This document shows positions 27,000 through 39,291 of a stretch of 64,000 bases of DNA, one piece after another. The stretch is from Bacillaceae bacterium (GTDB lineage: Bacteria; Bacillota; Bacilli; JACDOE01): the NCBI GenBank assembly GCA_017656255.1, contig JACDOE010000003.1, forward strand, positions 457-64,456, in the 5' to 3' direction. Made by a program: the position numbers and the translations under genes. Positions within the stretch are counted from its first letter, which is position 1, and each line of letters begins with the position of its first letter. The notes under the pieces were generated by a model that made no database searches, had not been told where the DNA came from, and saw nothing but the letters and a program-made list of their open reading frames with translations.

Positions 27000-27410
27000 A
27001 TGTATATGAGGAAATTTTATGGTTTTTTGATCACTTCCATACTTTCGACAACGATTCTTACACTATTAATGTTAACGGACGGGGAGTATGAATTTTTTGA
27101 GACGTTTGGTTTCATAAGCCTGGTTGCAACCCCGGTTATCCTCGTCTATGGCGTTCCTGTATCACTTCTGTCCGACTATGTAACAAAACCGTACCACAAC
27201 CGAAAAAGAGCTACGCTCGCTTTCATTATCCATCTGGGGTTCGGGTTGGGATTTGTGTTTATAATCGGTATGATCCTCGATTTCGAAACCTTATTGAATA
27301 ACTTTGCTTTCTTCTGGTCAAACGCCGAATTTTACTTTATTGCCTCTACGACAGCTTCTTTTCTATTCTGGCTGTCAGATGAAATACTCCGTAAAATCAT
27401 GAGGCGATAA
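27000..27410 (+). CDS. Hypothetical membrane protein
   Basis: AGGAGG lies 7 nt upstream. 136 aa with four hydrophobic helices. Confidence 0.6.
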   Translation: MYMRKFYGFLITSILSTTILTLLMLTDGEYEFFETFGFISLVATPVILVYGVPVSLLSDYVTKPYHNRKRATLAFIIHLGFGLGFVFIIGMILDFETLLNNFAFFWSNAEFYFIASTTASFLFWLSDEILRKIMRR

Positions 27411-27413
27411 AAC

Positions 27414-27444
27414 AAAAAATCCGCTTAATACCGGCGGATTTTCC
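27414..27444. terminator. Bidirectional terminator
   Basis: AAAAAATCCGC-ttaataccg-GCGGATTTT. Confidence 0.6.
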
Positions 27445-27543
27445 ATATACTCTGTTACAAACATACTCACGAGTCTAGTTGTAACAGGTCTATCTGTTCC
27501 TGACGTCTTCAATGTCCTGTTCAAAACAACACCTGTCCCATTA

Positions 27544-27831
27544 TCACACATCATGAAGCGGTTTCTCCGCCACCACTCTGGCAGCGTTTACAATTTCCCT
27601 GACCACATCCGTATAAAACTGTTCTTTGAGAAACTGGATCCGGGTGTACAAATCTCCACGGTGCGTCACGGCATATCGGGGCGGAAGCGCATTCAAAGTC
27701 AGGGCAAAAACATCGGATTTACAAACATCACAGGAACAGGGCATGTTCAAATCCTCCCAGTTTCGCTCAATCACATCATGGACAAAACTTTCCATCATAT
27801 TGACAGCCTTCATCCATCTTTTCCTCCTCAA
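27544..27831 (-). CDS. ComFB-like late competence development protein
   Basis: ..MPCSCDVCKSDVFALTLNALPPRY.. is the ComFB Cys motif. Confidence 0.7.
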   Translation of the reverse strand: MRRKRWMKAVNMMESFVHDVIERNWEDLNMPCSCDVCKSDVFALTLNALPPRYAVTHRGDLYTRIQFLKEQFYTDVVREIVNAARVVAEKPLHDV

Positions 27832-28023
27832 TCTGTATGTAAAAACCGTATCCTGTTTGATTTCCTACATTTACCCATAAAATCAGATGACTGGTTACTT
27901 CAACCATACCATATAATCGCGATGGATAGAATACCTTCTGTTCCATAACGGCGGGAAAAATGCGATTTTATTAAAAATATCAGAAAAAGGAATGGCCCAT
28001 TCGGTGCCGAACAGGCCTCTCCT

Positions 28024-29625
28024 TCATTCGTCCATCCATTCCTCTATCTTCTGACGCACTTCTAAATATCGTCCCCTGTTAAAATAGGCATCTCCAGTCC
28101 GTCGGACCAAAAAATCATCCGGCAATACCGCCATTTCATGCTCCATGGCATACTTCAGTTCCGCACGTAATACGGCTTTCTCCGAGTCTTCATATCCCTC
28201 TTTCTTCAACACGTCCAGATAAGCGGCCAACCGGTCAACCTGACTGCCATAACGTTTGACCAGCCTTTCTGCCTGCATCTGTTCCAGCCCGTATCGTCCG
28301 GCCAATTGGTCTTTCATTTCCGTCACAAAAGCCGGCCAGTTTTCAGGCCCTCCGATATCGCCTCCGGATAAGACCTGTTTTTCCGTCCGACAGGGAGAGA
28401 ATCGCTTGCCCTGACCCATTCCCCTCTGAAACTGTGCCACTAACCGATCCACGACCCGCTCCGCCATTTTGCGGTACCCGGTCAGCTTCCCCCCTGCTAT
28501 CGTGATAAGGCCCGTATGTGAAACAAAAATTTCATCCCGTCGCGACAGTTCCGAAGGGGGTCTTCCGGGTTGATGAATCAGCGGTCTCAAACCCGCCCAT
28601 TCCGACTCAATATCTTCATTGTTCAAACGAACGGATGGAAACCTGTCCTCCACCGCCCGAAGCAGATAGTTTCGGTCTTCTTCCGTAACAGCCGGATTCT
28701 CCAGATTTCCGTCATAATCGGTATCCGTTGTACCCACATAGGTTTTGTCATCTCTCGGAATGGCAAAAACCATCCGTCCGTCAAAAACATCAAAATATAC
28801 CGCCTGACGCAGGGGAAAGCGGCTTCTGTCCACGACAATATGAACCCCTTTGGACAACCGGATCCGTTTGCCGGAGAGGGACCCGTCCTGTTGCCGCAGG
28901 ATATCCACCCAGGGTCCGGTGGCATTGACCACGGCCCCGGCCTTAATGCGGTATTCCCGGCCGTTGATCTGATCTCGAACCTGTGCCCCCGTTATTGTTC
29001 CATCCTGGTAAATAAAATCAGTTACCCTGGCATGATTCACGGCCAGTGCTCCCTTCGAAACCGCGGTTTTCACCACTTCAAGAGTCAGCCGGGCATCGTC
29101 AGTCCGGTATTCGTGATACCATCCGCTTCCGATGAGCCCGTCCTTTTTGAGTAACGGCTCTCTGTTGAGGGTTTCCTCACGGGACAGCATCACGCGCCGT
29201 TCCGCTTTTTCCACTCCGGCAAGACGGTCATAAAGCCACAGCCCGAGGGACGTCATGAATTTCCCGTAAGTTCCTCCCTCAATCAACGGCAGCAGCAACG
29301 GTTCGGGACGGACCAGATGAGGGGCGTTACGATAAACCACCGCCCGTTCCCGACCCACTTCCCGGACCAGTTTGATTTCTCCCTGTTTCAAATATCGCAG
29401 GCCGCCGTGAATCAATTTGGTGGATCGGCTGCTGGTACCAAATGCAAAATCACGCATTTCCACGAGCCCGGTTCTAAACCCTCTCATCGCCGCATCCAGT
29501 GCGATTCCGCATCCGGTTATCCCGCCTCCGATCACCAGGACATCAAGGGGGTGTGTGGCCATATTTTCCAGAAAAGCGGTACGGTTGCGTGCTGCAAAAT
29601 GTTGTGGATGATCATCAGTTCGCAT
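28024..29625 (-). CDS. glpD: Aerobic glycerol-3-phosphate dehydrogenase/oxidase
   Basis: DVLVIGGGITGCGIALDAA is an FAD fold. 533 aa, immediately downstream of glpK. Confidence 0.9.
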   Translation of the reverse strand: MRTDDHPQHFAARNRTAFLENMATHPLDVLVIGGGITGCGIALDAAMRGFRTGLVEMRDFAFGTSSRSTKLIHGGLRYLKQGEIKLVREVGRERAVVYRNAPHLVRPEPLLLPLIEGGTYGKFMTSLGLWLYDRLAGVEKAERRVMLSREETLNREPLLKKDGLIGSGWYHEYRTDDARLTLEVVKTAVSKGALAVNHARVTDFIYQDGTITGAQVRDQINGREYRIKAGAVVNATGPWVDILRQQDGSLSGKRIRLSKGVHIVVDRSRFPLRQAVYFDVFDGRMVFAIPRDDKTYVGTTDTDYDGNLENPAVTEEDRNYLLRAVEDRFPSVRLNNEDIESEWAGLRPLIHQPGRPPSELSRRDEIFVSHTGLITIAGGKLTGYRKMAERVVDRLVAQFQRGMGQGKRFSPCRTEKQVLSGGDIGGPENWPAFVTEMKDQLAGRYGLEQMQAERLVKRYGSQVDRLAAYLDVLKKEGYEDSEKAVLRAELKYAMEHEMAVLPDDFLVRRTGDAYFNRGRYLEVRQKIEEWMDE

Positions 29626-29626
29626 A

Positions 29627-31126
<1,500 letters not shown>

Positions 31127-31496
31127 TTATAACCTCCTCGTCACATAAAACGTCTTTTTCTTATCATATCAGACAATGGACTGAAAAATTTTGAAAATTC
31201 CTTTTTTGAGGGAAAAGCAGGTTATATGGAGTGACTGGTTAAGTAAAAAGAGGAAAATATTTTATAGTACCGAATTAATACCAACAATAAAAATTTGACA
31301 GGGCACAGATCCGGATGGCTATTACTGGGAAGTCGCTAATTGGAAATTTGATGACCATGATATGTTAATGATCAAAAAAGGCAGGAACGCCTGAAACAGA
31401 AACGAACAATGTCACGAATCGGTAGCAACTGCTGTTGCCCAATCACTTTACCCTGCTCAGTTGATGCTGAGGCGGAAGAAGACAGTCCCGCCTTCT

Positions 31497-31762
31497 AATA
31501 GCGGAAATTTTTTCCGCTATCCTTCCATTTCGCCGGTTTTGAAAAAAATAACGGAAAAGGTTTCCGTTAATCAGACCATTTCCTATTATGCGAAGTATTC
31601 AACCGGTAGTAACGGAAATCTTTTCCCCTATTTTTTATAGATCACCCCGTTATCATAAAATAGCGGAAAAGATTTCACCTATTTTCCCTGGCTAGTATTC
31701 AAAATAAAATAAACCAATCAATCATCCTTTGTCGGTAACGGTAACTCTTTTTTCCGCTATCG
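31497..31762. repeat. Hairpin/dyad-module array, locus L3 (5 modules)
   Basis: Modules: AATAGCGGAAATTTTTTCCGCTAT, AATAACGGAAAAGGTTTCCGTTAA, AGTAACGGAAATCTTTTCCCCTATT, AATAGCGGAAAAGATTTCACCTATT, GGTAACGGTAACTCTTTTTTCCGCTAT. Box ATTATGCGAAGTATTCAACC at 31585-31604. Confidence 0.85.
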
Positions 31763-31886
31763 ATCAAAAAAAGGAGATTCTTAAATCTGAATTATATCAA
31801 AAACTCACACGATACCTCCCCTCCCAGCCCGGTACACCTTCCCTTCAATACCACAAAACGGGCAGGATATACACCTGCCCGAAAAC

Positions 31887-32873
31887 TTAACGCGACCGGA
31901 TCTCCTGGCGCATAAACCACACATAAGAGATGGCAAAGCAAATCATCGTTGCCGCAATCAACCCGGTCCAGTGCGGCCATATCAGTATCAGGCTCTGCCC
32001 AAGCGGAAGTGGACTCGGGATCGCCCCGTAAATCTGCTCCATGGTGAGCGGTCCCAGTGTCCGCACAGATGGCGTCAGTAAAGTCGTGGTCGCTTCACTG
32101 AACAGTTGACTGGGAGAAAAACGGAACAGTACCTGGATAAACTTTTGATAGCTTAATATCTCCCCGGCCGTGGTGGCCTGTGCCGGGTACATCGCCTTCG
32201 CAATCACCCTTACGATCATACTGTAGAACACACTGAAAAACAGCCAGACCGCGATACTGGCCAGCGCTGATGTGGCCGGCTGGCGAAACCGGACGGAAAA
32301 CAGAATGGCCAGATTAAGCCAGAATGCAATATAAAAGATACTGAGTATAAGGAAAAAGAGAATCCGCAAAAATTCTTCCGGTGTCGGCGGAATACCGATC
32401 GCCAGAAGGCCCATCCCCATCACCAGAAAACCGAGAGCAAAAATACTGATGCTGATTACGATCAACAGCGCCGTAAATTTGGCATTGATCACATAATCGC
32501 GGTGAATCGGCTGGGCCATGATCCGGCTGAGCGTCCCCCTGTTGCGTTCCGAATTGACGGCGTCAAAACCCAGCCCGATTCCAAGCAGCGGGCCGAGAAA
32601 CCCAATGAACGTAATAAATGGAGGCAGTGTTCCTTCGGGATCAGATACGGTAAATAACTTCAGAAATACAAACGATTTCAGGGTTTCATCGGTGGCGACC
32701 GCGTCTCGGATACTCATCATCGCCGTATAAAGAGAGCCGATGCAGGTCAGGACGACAATACCGAGAAGGATCAGATACCGCCAGCTCCGGATCTGATCCG
32801 ATATCTCTTTTTGCACCATAACCCAGAACGGATGAATGGGGCGTTGATCCCGGCGATCAAACAGATTTTTCAT
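31887..32873 (-). CDS. ABC-2 type exporter permease
   Basis: Six or more TM helices. ATG 32873 lies 1 nt after the ATPase stop, with a GAAGGGGGTG SD. The track start at 32912 overlaps the ATPase gene. Confidence 0.75.
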   Translation of the reverse strand: MKNLFDRRDQRPIHPFWVMVQKEISDQIRSWRYLILLGIVVLTCIGSLYTAMMSIRDAVATDETLKSFVFLKLFTVSDPEGTLPPFITFIGFLGPLLGIGLGFDAVNSERNRGTLSRIMAQPIHRDYVINAKFTALLIVISISIFALGFLVMGMGLLAIGIPPTPEEFLRILFFLILSIFYIAFWLNLAILFSVRFRQPATSALASIAVWLFFSVFYSMIVRVIAKAMYPAQATTAGEILSYQKFIQVLFRFSPSQLFSEATTTLLTPSVRTLGPLTMEQIYGAIPSPLPLGQSLILIWPHWTGLIAATMICFAISYVWFMRQEIRSR

Positions 32874-32874
32874 C

Positions 32875-33813
32875 TCATGCACCCCCTTCAAAATAACGAT
32901 GATAGATTTCATCCAGACCGTACTGTTTCTGTGTCAGATGATGCAGATCCACACCCGATTCCACTACAATCCGTGAGATGTCAGCGGTCAGATCACGTGC
33001 GCAGCGAATGTCCAGCATATCTTTTTCACAAGCCACCTGCTTGACCCCATCCAGTTGCTTCAGCCTGTCTATCAGGCCATCCGTCATGTCGGAAACCCGG
33101 GCCTGAATGGCGTAAGGTTCTTCTTTAAACAACTGTTGCGACAGTTGATCAATATCCCCTTCCGCCAGCAGGCGTCCTTTCACAAACAAACCGACCCGGT
33201 CGCAGATCTGCTGAACCTGGTGGAGATGATGGGAGGACAGAAGGACAGTAATGCCTTCATCGCAGCTCAATTGCTGAATCAGATCCAGCAGTTCCCGCAC
33301 CCCTTCCGGGTCAATGCCCAGAGTCGGCTCATCCAGAATAATAACCTCCGGGTTTTTAATCAAAACATCAGCCAGACCCAACCGCTGCCGCATCCCGCGG
33401 GAATAAGTCCCTGCCTTCTGTTCGGCTGCCTGTCCCAGCCCGACACGTTTTAAAAGGGACATGGCCCGGTCATAGGCTTCCTGTCCGGAAATCCGATTCA
33501 AGAAAGCTGTGTATAACAGATTTTCCAGACCGGTCAGATCCTCGTAAAAACCGATATCATCCGGCAGGTAGCCCACTTTCTTTTTCACGGCGATCGGCTG
33601 GCGGGTGGAATCGATGCCGCAGACGCGGACGGTGCCGGAAGTCGGTTCGGTCAGCCCCAGCATCATCAGGATCGTCGTTGATTTGCCGGCACCGTTAGGC
33701 CCCAATAGTCCGAATATTTCTCCCTGATAAACGGTCAGGTTTAACCCGTCCACTGCTTTTAATTCGCCGTAACTTTTCGTCAGGTCTTCCAGCTGAATGA
33801 TCGGATTGGCCAT
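32875..33813 (-). CDS. ABC transporter ATP-binding protein
   Basis: Walker [10 protein letters not shown], signature YSRGMRQRL, Walker B IILDEPT. Confidence 0.9.
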   Translation of the reverse strand: MANPIIQLEDLTKSYGELKAVDGLNLTVYQGEIFGLLGPNGAGKSTTILMMLGLTEPTSGTVRVCGIDSTRQPIAVKKKVGYLPDDIGFYEDLTGLENLLYTAFLNRISGQEAYDRAMSLLKRVGLGQAAEQKAGTYSRGMRQRLGLADVLIKNPEVIILDEPTLGIDPEGVRELLDLIQQLSCDEGITVLLSSHHLHQVQQICDRVGLFVKGRLLAEGDIDQLSQQLFKEEPYAIQARVSDMTDGLIDRLKQLDGVKQVACEKDMLDIRCARDLTADISRIVVESGVDLHHLTQKQYGLDEIYHRYFEGGA

Positions 33814-33816
33814 CGC

Positions 33817-34968
33817 TTATCTCCTCCCGTAGGTGCGGAACAGATAATAGACACCGCCGATCACGGCCAGAATGATCAGGATACCAAACCATCCCCACAA
33901 GAGTGAGGTCTCAACGGTGACACGGAACTGAGCGTCGGAAGACGCTTCCGGCGTCGTGGCGGACATGTTGACCACATAATCGCCTGCTATTGCCTCACCA
34001 TCTGCTTTAATCGTTGCGGTCACTTCGGTGGAATTTCCGGCAGCCAGTTTGTTAATTGTTTTTGGTTCAAAGGTCACTTCCCAGTTGACCGGTGTGTCTG
34101 CACGCAGTTGAATATCTCTTAGATCCGCTGAACCTGTGTTGCGAACTTCGAGCGTCAGATTTTTTTCACCCCCGGCGGTGATGTCCGTACTTAACAGGCC
34201 GTTCGGCGTGGTCAATTCAAGATCATACGTACCGGTGATCACCACTTCCAGCGTGGTCTCCGCCGAGGTTGAACTGGTGCTGGCCGTAATCGGAATTTGA
34301 TATGTTCCTTTCTTCACCTGTTCCGGCGGGGTGATTTCAACATCAATGTCCTTGTCGGCGTTGGCTTCGACTTTAACCGAGGTGACGGTCTTGCCGTCGG
34401 CCTCAAATCGGACATCCCAGCCGCGGGGGGCTTCCGCTCTCAGGGCATAAAGTTGCTCGTCCGCCGTCCGGTTTTTGATCGTCGCTTCATAATTAAAAGA
34501 AGAGTCGGCGTGACCTTCCATATTGGGCTGTTCCGTCGTTAACTCTGTTTTATAGGTCCCCTGTTCCGTCACCCTGACGGTCAGAGGAAGTACTGCAGAA
34601 CCCGCTGTGACACGGAATGAATAAGTTCCCCGGTCTACCTTTAAGGGGACTTCAACATCCAGTGACACCGAACGGGATTCGTCCGGCAGGACGGAGATTT
34701 CCTTAATACTCCAGCCCCCGGAAGTCAGCTGATATTCCCAGCCTTCAGGGAGTCCTTCCACTGAAAGCTCAGGACTTTGAACATCGGTACTGTTGTTAAT
34801 CACGTCGATCGAATAATGAATGGATTCACCGGGCGTCACTGCAATGTTTGTATAAGGTGTGTAAAGGGATAATGGCCCGGCTGCCCGGACAAATGACGGG
34901 CTGAGTACCGTCATTCCCAGAATCAACGCAAGCATGAGTGCCATCCTTTTTTTTCGCATCATATTCAC
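33817..34968 (-). CDS. Secreted NEW3/CARDB-like repeat protein with C-terminal TM anchor
   Basis: Signal peptide, then repeated ..GTY.. beta-sandwich modules (DVEVPLKVDRGTYSF; DVEITPPEQVKKGTYQI; IKADGEAIAGDYVV). C-terminal helix LLWGWFGILIILAVIGGVYYLF. Confidence 0.6.
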   Translation of the reverse strand: MNMMRKKRMALMLALILGMTVLSPSFVRAAGPLSLYTPYTNIAVTPGESIHYSIDVINNSTDVQSPELSVEGLPEGWEYQLTSGGWSIKEISVLPDESRSVSLDVEVPLKVDRGTYSFRVTAGSAVLPLTVRVTEQGTYKTELTTEQPNMEGHADSSFNYEATIKNRTADEQLYALRAEAPRGWDVRFEADGKTVTSVKVEANADKDIDVEITPPEQVKKGTYQIPITASTSSTSAETTLEVVITGTYDLELTTPNGLLSTDITAGGEKNLTLEVRNTGSADLRDIQLRADTPVNWEVTFEPKTINKLAAGNSTEVTATIKADGEAIAGDYVVNMSATTPEASSDAQFRVTVETSLLWGWFGILIILAVIGGVYYLFRTYGRR

Positions 34969-35156
34969 GTTAATCCCCTCCCAGTGATTGGCATTTTTTT
35001 GTTTTCATAAGGAATACGATGCCGGGGACAGACTGGATTTATTTCTTGAACAATTTTTTTCATCAACGGAATCTGCCTGTTTAAAAGAGGTTTAACACCC
35101 CGAGCCAGAAATATAATGTCATTGAATATGCGTTTTTTTTAAGGGGGGAATGATAC

Positions 35157-35645
35157 ATGATCCATGATGTTGGGGAATATGCGACGTTTTTGGATGGGTT
35201 ACGCAAACGGACCATGCCGTATGTTCAGGTTGTGCCAGATTCGATCCTGGAATGGAGACCGGCTGAAAACAAGTTATCAACGGGAGATTTGCTGCGACAC
35301 CTGGGTTCCACGCAACTGATGTTCTTGCACGTATTTGAACGGGGAAAATGGGTCTATCCCGGCCATGAAAAGCGTAAAGGGGAAACCATAGAGGAAATCT
35401 CGCGTTATCTGGAATCCTGCCATGCCAGATTTATAGAGGGGATATCGGTGCTGGGTAACGACCTGCTTAATAAAAGGGTTCCCTCGCTGCAGGGATATGA
35501 CGTCAGTTCATGGCGGATGCTGATGGCCATGGCCGAGCATGAGATTCACCACCGCGGTCAACTTTCAACCTATCTGCAAATGAACCGGATCGATCCGCCA
35601 CAAATTTTCGGCAACAAAATCGAACAGGTTGAAAAAGAATCCTAG
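35157..35645 (+). CDS. DinB family protein
   Basis: The ..LRHLGSTQL.. and ..HEIHHRGQLSTYL.. histidines are typical of the DinB four-helix bundle. Confidence 0.8.
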   Translation: MIHDVGEYATFLDGLRKRTMPYVQVVPDSILEWRPAENKLSTGDLLRHLGSTQLMFLHVFERGKWVYPGHEKRKGETIEEISRYLESCHARFIEGISVLGNDLLNKRVPSLQGYDVSSWRMLMAMAEHEIHHRGQLSTYLQMNRIDPPQIFGNKIEQVEKES

Positions 35646-35781
35646 AGAAGACCATACTCCGTTCCCACTTTTAAAAAATAAAATTTTCCAGATAACACTC
35701 TAAACGACTTTTCAATCCCGTGAAAACATGTTATTCATAAAATAGATGATCGATTTCACACGGGAATTGGAGTGAGTCCTC

Positions 35782-36375
35782 ATGTCCAATTTTCATGATG
35801 AGATTCATCATTTGCTTGAGCAGATCAAGCAAGGCGCCCCCGCAGCCTTTGAGCAGTTCTACGACCGTTACATCCCTCTGGTGTACCACATTGCGCTGAA
35901 AATGGTTCAAGACCGGATGGAAGCGGAAGATATCTGTCAGGAGGTTTTTCTGGAAGCCCTCAGAAAGCTGGATCGGTTTGACCCTGCCCGGGGTAGCATG
36001 GAATCCTGGCTGGCGGTGATGACCCGGAGCCGCTGTGTCGATCACCTGCGCAAAAAACAGCGACAATCCGCCGCCGTGCTTGAAGACTCTGTTACTGGAG
36101 AACATCCGGCAGAGAATGAGACGGAAGTTCAGGTGGTACAAAACCTGGAAATAGAAGCCGTCCGCCGTGCACTGGATCAGATCCCGGCTGCCCAGCGGGA
36201 AGCCGTCCTGGGCATGTACTTCCGATCGCGAACCCAGCGTGAGCTGGCTGAAGAGATGAATCGTCCGCTGGGTACGGTGAAATCCCTGATCCGTTACGGT
36301 ATTACCAATATTAAAAAGCAATTGAACCAGTTCGGCTGGATGGAGCCTTCCGGAGGTGCAAAAAAGCATGAATAA
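35782..36375 (+). CDS. ECF (group IV) sigma-70 factor
   Basis: Region 2 (FEQFYDRYIPLVYHIALKMV..AEDICQEVFL) and region 4 (REAVLGMYFRSRTQRELAEEMNRPLGTVKSLIRYG). Confidence 0.9.
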   Translation: MSNFHDEIHHLLEQIKQGAPAAFEQFYDRYIPLVYHIALKMVQDRMEAEDICQEVFLEALRKLDRFDPARGSMESWLAVMTRSRCVDHLRKKQRQSAAVLEDSVTGEHPAENETEVQVVQNLEIEAVRRALDQIPAAQREAVLGMYFRSRTQRELAEEMNRPLGTVKSLIRYGITNIKKQLNQFGWMEPSGGAKKHE

Positions 36376-37102
36376 ACAGCCCTGCACCTGGTCCGAACAG
36401 GACATCATCGATTTTATTCTGAGGAAGCTGCCTGCCGACCGGTTTCGTCAGCTTGAAACACATTTGCCCGAATGTGACGTCTGCCGTGAGCGCCACCAGG
36501 AATGGTTGACGATGCTTCAACCGGCTGAAGAGATAGCCATGCCTTCGCCACGATTGAAGCGAAAATTGAAAAGACGGTTTCTTTTGCAAAAATGGTTCAG
36601 CCACTGGCGACGTCCATCTTTTATCATTCCAGCCGTATCCCTGGCTGTGATTGTATTGATCATGCCTGTTCTGAAACCGTTTCAACCAGAGCCGGACAGG
36701 CCACTGGCCTCTTTTCAAAATGGCGAGGTCCTGCAGGATAACATGACCCTGGTGATGGATCCGCATACCGTCCAGTATGAAGTGATGACCCTGGATACAC
36801 CGGAAGCAAGGGGATATGTCTGGGTCAATCCGGAAACGGGTGAACTCCTGTTCCTCGTCAAAGGGATTAATCCGCCTGTGGAAAAGGACTATCAGGTCTG
36901 GTTTATCACCGATGACCACCGTAACATTCGGGCCAATGCCGGACTGCTGAACACAACGAATGATATGGCCCACCTTTACTTCCGTGGAACTGAGGTCAGC
37001 CGGGCCGTTCATATCGCCGTCAGTCTGGAACCGAAAGGCGGCAGCGATTATCCGACCGGGCCGGATACCATGTTTGTCCCTTTGACATCACCATCCCGTT
37101 AG
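36368..37102 (+). CDS. Anti-sigma factor (zf-HC2 N-terminus, TM, RskA-like C-terminal domain)
   Basis: HLPECDVCRERHQEW (H-x3-C-x2-C), a TM helix and ..YQVWFITDD..VSLEPKGGS... ATG 36368 overlaps the sigma gene end by 8 nt. Confidence 0.75.
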   Translation: MNKQPCTWSEQDIIDFILRKLPADRFRQLETHLPECDVCRERHQEWLTMLQPAEEIAMPSPRLKRKLKRRFLLQKWFSHWRRPSFIIPAVSLAVIVLIMPVLKPFQPEPDRPLASFQNGEVLQDNMTLVMDPHTVQYEVMTLDTPEARGYVWVNPETGELLFLVKGINPPVEKDYQVWFITDDHRNIRANAGLLNTTNDMAHLYFRGTEVSRAVHIAVSLEPKGGSDYPTGPDTMFVPLTSPSR

Positions 37103-37258
37103 GACAGGAGCGGCTTTCGCCGATTCAAATGCCATTCCTACCTGTCATTCTCTCAGGCATCTCAAATGATCATTTCAATAAGACACAAAACAACCTGCTG
37201 CCAGGATGCAGCAGGTTGTTTACGTAGCCGGTCGCTCCCACCTCAATCTCCAGGCCTT

Positions 37259-37504
37259 TTACCTGTCCTCCTCCGTCTGAATATCCGCTTTTCGAATTTC
37301 CGCCAGAATCGCCCGCACTTCTTCCGCATGTTGTTCAGGTGCCTGAACGACGCCCCATCCCTTCTGAAACTGAAACAGTCCGCCGTAGGCATCATCAAAA
37401 TGGGATTGAATCAAGTGCGGAATGTTTCGTTCCCGCAAAACCTCTTCAAGAATCTGGGCTTCCATCTGATTTTCCAGGGAAGCCACTCGGGAAAAACGTT
37501 CCAT
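37259..37504 (-). CDS. Small DUF2007-like (putative signal-transducing) protein
   Basis: 81 aa with ..LENQMEAQILEEVLRERNIPHLIQSH... Weak recollection of the family. Confidence 0.45.
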   Translation of the reverse strand: MERFSRVASLENQMEAQILEEVLRERNIPHLIQSHFDDAYGGLFQFQKGWGVVQAPEQHAEEVRAILAEIRKADIQTEEDR

Positions 37505-37520
37505 CGCAATGCCTCCTGAA

Positions 37521-38249
37521 TTAAGATTTTCCCCTTTTTTTCTTCGTAATCCGGTGTAACTGGGGCCGTATCGTCATTTCCGTCAGCACCGTGCCTTCCC
37601 GCTGATTCAGTACGGTTTCCACGGCATCTGCCACACATTGAGCGGTGATATAGCTGTCCGGTTCTTCCCCTTCTTTAAAGTCCAGGTGATCATAAAACGG
37701 GGTCTGAACGATATCGGGATGAAGGGTGACCACTTTTGCCCCGGTTTTGCGGATTTCATCGAACAAACTGATGCCGAAGTGTGTCAAACCGGCTTTAGTA
37801 GCGGCATAGGCACAGCCGTGCGTCGCTGACTTCTGTGCCGTAATGGAAGAAATATTGATGATCCATCCCCGGTTACGCTTAATATCATTTAAAAGGAGCC
37901 GGGTCAGGATCAAGGGTGCCTGCAAATTTGTTGCCACCATCGCTTCAATCTCTTCCGGCTTCAGGGTCTCGTGAGGCCCGAAATACCCGATACCCGCATT
38001 ATTGACCAGAACATGAATCTCTTTCTGTTCCTGCCGGATTTTACGGACCGTGCTGCTCAGCTCCCGGGTACAACTCACATCACAAACCATTTTATGAAAA
38101 TGGGGATGGTCCCATTCCGTTTTTGTAAAATTTCGCGCCAGTCCGTAAACCCGGTAGCCCCTGTCAATCAGTTTTTGACAAATGGCGAGACCGATTCCCG
38201 AAGAGGTCCCCGTTACTATGGCTGTTTTCACCTTCAACCATCCTTTCAT
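37521..38249 (-). CDS. Short-chain dehydrogenase/reductase (SDR)
   Basis: TGTSSGIGLA (TGxxxGxG), NNAG and YAATKAG (YxxxK). Confidence 0.9.
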   Translation of the reverse strand: MKGWLKVKTAIVTGTSSGIGLAICQKLIDRGYRVYGLARNFTKTEWDHPHFHKMVCDVSCTRELSSTVRKIRQEQKEIHVLVNNAGIGYFGPHETLKPEEIEAMVATNLQAPLILTRLLLNDIKRNRGWIINISSITAQKSATHGCAYAATKAGLTHFGISLFDEIRKTGAKVVTLHPDIVQTPFYDHLDFKEGEEPDSYITAQCVADAVETVLNQREGTVLTEMTIRPQLHRITKKKRGKS

Positions 38250-38250
38250 A

Positions 38251-39291
38251 TCAGAGATAGATGTTTTCCGGATGGATATACTGCTCCACTTCTCCCCTTA
38301 CAAAACGGATCATCTGCTCCGCCAGCTCCTCCGGATAACTGTAAACGCCATCCCGGCATTCAAAGGGATAATAGATCAGATCCGATTGACTCCCGGTGCG
38401 GCGGATGTTTTTAAGATAATCCCGGGCCATGCGGAACACCCCGATACTGACATCCTCGATTTTATCGGCCGGCAGGGTGGAAAACGTCCGTGCCACGCAT
38501 GCCTTATATTGAGCCTGCCAGTCATGGATATAGAGTATCGGATCAAAAGAAACCCGCACGCGCCACCCGTCATCCATCGCCTGTTTCATACTCTTCAGCC
38601 GCATATCCAGGGAAGGTGTCAGCGGTTCATACCGCCGGATCACCTCATCGGGGGAAAGCGTCCAGGCCAGAACCACATTTTCTGCCGGTTGAAAATGGCG
38701 AATCGCCGCGTAATTCACGCTTTTGGTCCTCAGTTCAATCGTAAGTGTCTCTCTTTCCCGCGCAAATTCAATCCAGCGGGACGCGAACGGCGCGATACGC
38801 TCAAAGGCCAGCAGATCCGTGTCGTAGGAAATGGCCAGATAGACGGGATGCCGGGCCAGCAGCGCATCCACCTCCTGAAAAAAATCTTCCTGGTTGACGA
38901 ACATAACGATGTTGGAGGAGGGAAACATCCCCTGCAGGTAACAGTAGCTACAGTTATAAATACAATTCAAAATGGAAGAAGTGTAATAGAAATGCTCATG
39001 GCCGAAATCCTGGCTCACGTCGGCTCCCGGGTACACCTTTTCGCCCGTTTTTTCTGCCAGAATCAGTTTCTGGGATTGTTTCTGCACGGGAAATTGCTGC
39101 CGGGACCGATTGAACACATCTTTATAGTGGTCGATCTCCACCCGGACCGCCTCCGGAAACCGCTTCAGAATGTCCCGGGTCATCGGGTGATCGATCACAT
39201 TTTTTTCAATATAAATATGGGAAAAATCACGTATGAAGAAGTCGCTCTTTAATTTGCTCAAAACAGATCTTCCCCTCGTGTTTGGATTCAA
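38251..39291 (-). CDS. Spore-photoproduct-lyase-family radical SAM protein (SPL-like)
   Basis: CIYNCSYCYLQG is a CxxxCxxC cluster in an SPL-like context. The start is uncertain: TTG 39291 or TTG 39261, the latter after a GAGGGGA SD. Either start overlaps the upstream gene. Confidence 0.7.
   Translation of the reverse strand: MNPNTRGRSVLSKLKSDFFIRDFSHIYIEKNVIDHPMTRDILKRFPEAVRVEIDHYKDVFNRSRQQFPVQKQSQKLILAEKTGEKVYPGADVSQDFGHEHFYYTSSILNCIYNCSYCYLQGMFPSSNIVMFVNQEDFFQEVDALLARHPVYLAISYDTDLLAFERIAPFASRWIEFARERETLTIELRTKSVNYAAIRHFQPAENVVLAWTLSPDEVIRRYEPLTPSLDMRLKSMKQAMDDGWRVRVSFDPILYIHDWQAQYKACVARTFSTLPADKIEDVSIGVFRMARDYLKNIRRTGSQSDLIYYPFECRDGVYSYPEELAEQMIRFVRGEVEQYIHPENIYL

Noticed and set aside
35731-37012. 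Minus-strand ORFs 35731-36408 and 36311-37012 overlapping the ECF sigma and anti-sigma genes.
   Set aside because: The plus-strand products carry clear sigma region 2/4 and zf-HC2 anti-sigma motifs. The minus-strand frames show no recognisable features.
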